Shown here one piece after another: positions 59,725-64,000 of a stretch of DNA of 64,000 nt (the stretch's first letter is position 1; each line of letters starts with the position of its first letter). Position numbers and translations under genes: made by a program. Source of the DNA: Camelus dromedarius (lineage: Eukaryota); contig NC_087436.1 in assembly GCF_036321535.1 (NCBI RefSeq), positions 85,624,001 to 85,688,000 on the forward strand, written 5' to 3'. A model generated the notes under the pieces. The model ran no database searches. It was given only the letters and a program-made list of their open reading frames with translations, and was not told the DNA's origin.

Positions 59725-60125
59725 ACACGGATGGGCCTAGAGATGATCATATTAAGTGAAGTAAATCAGACAGAAAGACAAATGCCACATGATATCACTT
59801 ATATGTGGAATCTAAAAAAAAGTGATACAGATGAACTCATTTACAAACCAGAAATAGATTCACAGACATAGAAAGCAAACTATGGTTACCTAAGGGGAAG
59901 GGGAAGGGGGATAAATTAGGAATTTGGGATTAGCAAAAAAGATAAACAACAAGAACCTACTGTATAGCACCGGGAACTATATTTAATATTTTGTAATAAA
60001 CCATAAGGGAAAGAATATGAAAAAGATGTAGATATACATATATATATGTAAAAAACTGAATCACTTTGCTATAAACCTGAATTAACACAACACTGTAAAT
60101 CAACTATACTTCAGTAAAAAATAGT
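59725..60125 (+). mobile_element. 5'-truncated L1 3' end
   Basis: 'acggatgggcctagagatgatcatattaagtgaagtaaatcagacag...acactgtaaatcaactatacttca'; TSD aaaacagttgtattctg / aaaaaagttgcattctg. Confidence 0.93.
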
Positions 60126-60399
60126 TTTTTAAAAAAGTTGCATTCTGTTTATAACTCCTAGAAGAATACTGAAGATTCAGCACTTACTATAATGCTTAAC
60201 ACATAGTAGACATGCAAGAGATAGTTGTTAAATGGATTAATGTATGAGTGATTCAAAGATATTTCACAATATTAACTGCAAAGGATAAATGGGAAATAGA
60301 CTAATTCTCACAAAGACCCAGCTTCAAATCAAGCTCATTGGATTAAGGTGATCCAAGCCTACTCTAACTGCCTGCAAAAGAAAAAGCAAACCTTCAAAA

Positions 60400-62915
60400 T
60401 TTATAAAGTAAAATCTGATGCAACTAAAGGAGGACAAAGAAAAATTTACAAACACAGTGGGAGATTTTAACATATCTCCTTACTTATTGATAAAAAAGCA
60501 GATAGAAATATTAATACAGATATAAAAGATTTGAACAATACTACTGATACAATTGATCTAATTTTTAAGTGTAAATAGCTAAAAATATAGATGGATAACA
60601 GATATAAGTTGGCCATCTGTATATATGCACAAACATATATATATGTATGCATGCTATCCCCAACAACTGTAGAATACTTGTACTTTCTAAATGCACGTGC
60701 AATATTTGTTTAATCTGTCCAAATGCTGAGCTACAAAGTAAATTTCAAAAATTTCAAAGGCTTGAAATCATATAGAGTATGTTCTCTGAGCACTGTAGCG
60801 TTAAGCTAGAGATCAATAAGAAAAATAGACCAAAATATTTGGAAACTGAGCAAGTGACTTGATTAGAAAAAGAAGAACAAGTTAAAACTCAAGAAAGTAG
60901 AAGAAAGATAATAACAAAGATAAGAATAGAAATTAATGAAAGAAAAACAATATATAATACAAAGGATTAAAATCGAATCTTTGAAAAGACTAAAAAATTT
61001 TACAAACTTCTTGATAGCTGATTAACAAAAGAAGAGACAATGCCCAATGTCAAGAATGAAAAAGTGATCGCCACTTCCATCCTGCAGATATTGAAAATAT
61101 AATAAAAAGACATTATGACCAATTTTTAAAATAAACTTTAAAATTTAGATCAATTAGACAAATAACTAGAAAACAAAACCTACCAAAACTGATCCTGGAA
61201 TAAACAGAAAATCTAAACAATCCTGTTTCTGCTAAAGCCATTGACTCTGCAGCAAAAACCTTCCAGATGGCTTCATCAGTGAGTTCCTCCAAATGTTTAA
61301 GATACTTAAGGAAGAAGCAATATCAATCTTAAACAAACACTTCCTGTGAATAGAAAAAAAGGAAACATTTCCCAATTTGTTTTATTAGACCAACAAAACT
61401 TTGAAAGTAAATCCTACCAAGCACATTACAATGTAGGCCAGAGTGTTTCACAAACATAGGTGCAAAATTCCAAGAAGATGTTTAAGCAAGTTGAATATAA
61501 GCAAGAAAATACACCAGGACCAAGCTGAGTTCATTCCAAGAATGCAAAGTTGATTTAAATCAATAGATACAATTTACCACGTTAATAGAACAAAGGAAGA
61601 AATAATATAAGTTATCTGAATAGAAGCAAAAAAGGCATTTCACAAAATTTAAGTTCATGCATAATAAAAATTCTTGCAAACTACAAATAGAAGTATAATT
61701 CCTTAATTTGGTGAAAGGTATCTACAAAAATACTACAGAAACTACTTTGACATCAGGAGCAAGATAAGAATGCCTGTTTTCTTACTTCTATTCAATATCA
61801 TATTGGAGGTCCTAGCCAATATAATATAATATATGCAATAATATAATAAAAAGGAATAAAAGGTAAAAGGACTTGAAGTCAAGGAATAAAACTGTCAGTA
61901 TTTACAGATGATGTGATTTGTATCCACACCCAAGAAATCTACATATAAATTATTATAAATAATAAGGTACATGTTGTCAGGTGGCTAAATATAAGATCAA
62001 TATAAATGATTAATTGTATTTTTATATACCAGTCACAATAAAAAATAAATTTTTTTTCAAATATCATTTACAATAGCATCGAAACAATGAAATATCTAGG
62101 ACTAACTATAATAAAAGCCATTCAAGATCCATGTAATGAAAATTGTAAAATGTTCCTGAGTGAAATTAAAAAAATCCTAAAAAAATTGAAGAATATGCCA
62201 ATTTTCATGAACCAGAAGATCAATATTGTAAAAATGTCAGTCTCTTCAATTTGATCTATAGATTTAATGCAATGTCAATCTAAATCCCCAAAGGTCATTT
62301 TGTTAAAAATTGGCAAGCTAATTCTAAATTTCATATGAAAATACAAAAGGTCAAGAAGAGCCCCTTGAAAAATTGTAAAGACAATCAGACTTAGAGAATT
62401 TAGATGACCAGACATCTAGACTTATTATAAGCTTGGGTAATAAAGACTGTGTGATGTTTGCACAAGAATATACAAATCAACCAAAGGAATATAATTGAGA
62501 GCACAGAAATATATCCACAATTTGGGGGAGGGGGCGGGTAATTAGATTTATTTATTTTTAATGGAGGTACTAGGGATTGAACCCAGGACATGGTGCAGGC
62601 TAAGCACACGCTCTACCACTGGGCTATACCCTCCCTCTATATCTACAATTGTATGGATGCTTTATTGACAATAAAAGCGGCAAAGCAGAGCAGAGGGGAT
62701 AGCATGCTCTTTTCAGTAAATGGAGCCAAGTCAACTGAATAGCCATATGGAAAAAAAATGCTACTTGACTCTTACCTCACACCACATACAGTAATCGATT
62801 CCAAGTGGATTCTAGTCAAGGCAAAAAGCCAAATCCTAAAGTTTCTGAAGATAAAATATGAAAATATTGTCAAGGCCTGGGAAGAAGAAAATATTTCTTA
62901 AATAGGACACAAAAG
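60400..62915 (+). mobile_element. Old L1M ORF2 remnant (endonuclease to RT region, heavily decayed)
   Basis: A-rich colinear L1 ORF2 motifs 'gtgggagattttaaca', 'gatggcttcatcagtgagttc', 'caggagcaagataagaatgcc..ttctattcaatatcatattggaggtcctagcca', 'tatttacagatgatgtgat', 'gatctatagatttaatgcaat'. Confidence 0.9.
62523..62637 (-). mobile_element. tRNA-derived SINE, camelid Vic-1-like, inserted in L1
   Basis: Minus strand 'gagggtatagcccagtggtagagcgtgtgcttagcctgcaccatgtcctgggttcaatccctagtacctcca'; TSD tatatc(c/t)acaatt at 62510-62522 and 62638-62650. Confidence 0.92.
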
Positions 62916-62919
62916 AGTC

Positions 62920-62986
62920 GAATTTTGATGAGTCGTAGATTCTACTTCCCACTCAAGAATGCATCAGATACTCAACTTTCAGGCTT
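62920..62986 (+). repeat. ~65-bp duplicate of 63937-64000
   Basis: gaattttgatgagt.gtaga.tct.cttc..actcaagaatgcatcag....actttcaggctt occurs at both sites. Confidence 0.88.
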
Positions 62987-63037
62987 TTTTGTTCCAAAGT
63001 GAGCCTTAAATGAAACAATTACTGTATTAGATTATGT

Positions 63038-63213
63038 TGAAGCCAGAAAGAGGCAAGGGTGATTTCTTCCCTAGAGACTTCAGAGGGAGCCTGGCCTTAC
63101 CTACACCTTGAGTTTTAACTTCTAACCTCCATGATTTTGAGAGAATAATTTCTGTGATTTTAAGCCAGCCAGCTGGTGGTACTTGGCTTCTGCAGCCCAA
63201 GGAAGTGAATACA
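63038..63213 (+). mobile_element. MLT1C/D LTR 3' part
   Basis: 'gaagccagaaagaggcaaggg..atttcttccctagagacttcagagggagc..ggcc...gttttaacttctaacctcca...tttaagcca...gaataca'. Confidence 0.8.
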
Positions 63214-63214
63214 G

Positions 63215-63335
63215 CCCTGTTTTATAACTGAGGATTCTGGAGCTGAAGGACGTTATGCAATTTTTTCAGGTTCACACAACTAGTAATTAGCAGAATCCAA
63301 AGTCCAAGCACAGCTATCCGGCTCCAAAGCCCATC
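63215..63335 (-). mobile_element. MIR SINE fragment
   Basis: 'aactgagg...ggttcacacaactagtaattagcaga...ggctccaaagccc'. Confidence 0.6.
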
Positions 63336-63354
63336 CTGCCAATTTCTACCTCCA

Positions 63355-63855
63355 GTTTTGACCTCTTTCCTGAGTCAGTCTTGCAATCTCCAAATGTCTA
63401 CTTTACATTGTCACTTGGATGACAATAGATATCTCTTCCACGTCAAAAATAACAGGTCCAGGATGAATTCTTCATTTTTTTCCCTCTGTCTTTTCCCCCC
63501 AGATTCCCCATCCCGATAACTTGTATCACCATCAACCAATTTTTTTAATTGAAAAACTAGAGTCAACACTGATTACCTCCATTCTTGAATTCCTTCCATC
63601 TAATCCATCAGGAAGTCCTGTTCATTTCACCTCCAAACTAAATCCTGAATCTAGCCATCACTTACCGCCTCCCCTGCAACCATACTGCTCTAGTCAACTT
63701 TGCTCCTACAGTAGCCTCCTGTTTTCTCTCTTACCCCCTAACCACCCAGCTCCATCTGGCAGCCAGGGTGACCTTTTAAAAATGTAAATCAGATCATATT
63801 ACTTCCTGTTTAAAGTTTTCCCACTGTACTTCAATTAAAAGCTAACTCTTGCCAT
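63355..63855 (+). mobile_element. L2 fragment
   Basis: 'acctctttcctgag...cacttggatg...catctaatccatcag.aagtcctg...gcagccagggtgaccttttaaaaatgtaaatcagatca'. Confidence 0.8.
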
Positions 63856-64000
63856 GAAAGAGAGAGACATTTGTTATTTCTTTGGTTATCCAGAATCCTA
63901 GCCCACTTTCTATCTTAGGGAAATTCCTTGACTTTTGAATTTTGATGAGTGGTAGACTCTGCTTCACTCAAGAATGCATCAGGTCATCACTTTCAGGCTT

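Noticed and set aside
35..63787. Most ORF-track entries (60-180 aa)
   Set aside because: Many start at TTG/GTG, lie in TEs or microsatellites, and show no recognisable domain; such lengths are expected by chance in mammalian DNA

Overview
Mammalian non-coding DNA (intergenic or a large intron), most likely camelid. The species call rests on three short tRNA-derived SINEs resembling the camelid Vic-1 type, many cetartiodactyl-type L1 3' ends, and no visible BovB, Bov-tA, PRE-1 or Alu. Much of the window is interspersed repeat: MIR, L2, old L1M, young 5'-truncated L1 ends, MaLR/MLT1 LTRs, hAT MERs and one Tigger2-family element. Several insertions are nested or have readable target-site duplications (TSDs). 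I recognised no protein-coding gene, RNA gene or prokaryote-style system, and almost all ORF-track entries look spurious. Repeat names come from recalled consensus motifs and many boundaries are approximate. The most interesting non-repeat signals are: (i) a 24-bp exact, ~90-bp diverged duplicate at 3.0 kb and 16.0 kb that looks like a minus-strand core promoter or splice acceptor; (ii) an unusually long 308-314 codon ORF at 0.8-1.7 kb; (iii) a ~230-bp locally templated insertion inside an L2; (iv) a 20-bp perfect palindrome forming back-to-back TATA/MEF2-like boxes; (v) a protein-like segment after an L1MC end. None of these is established as a new system.
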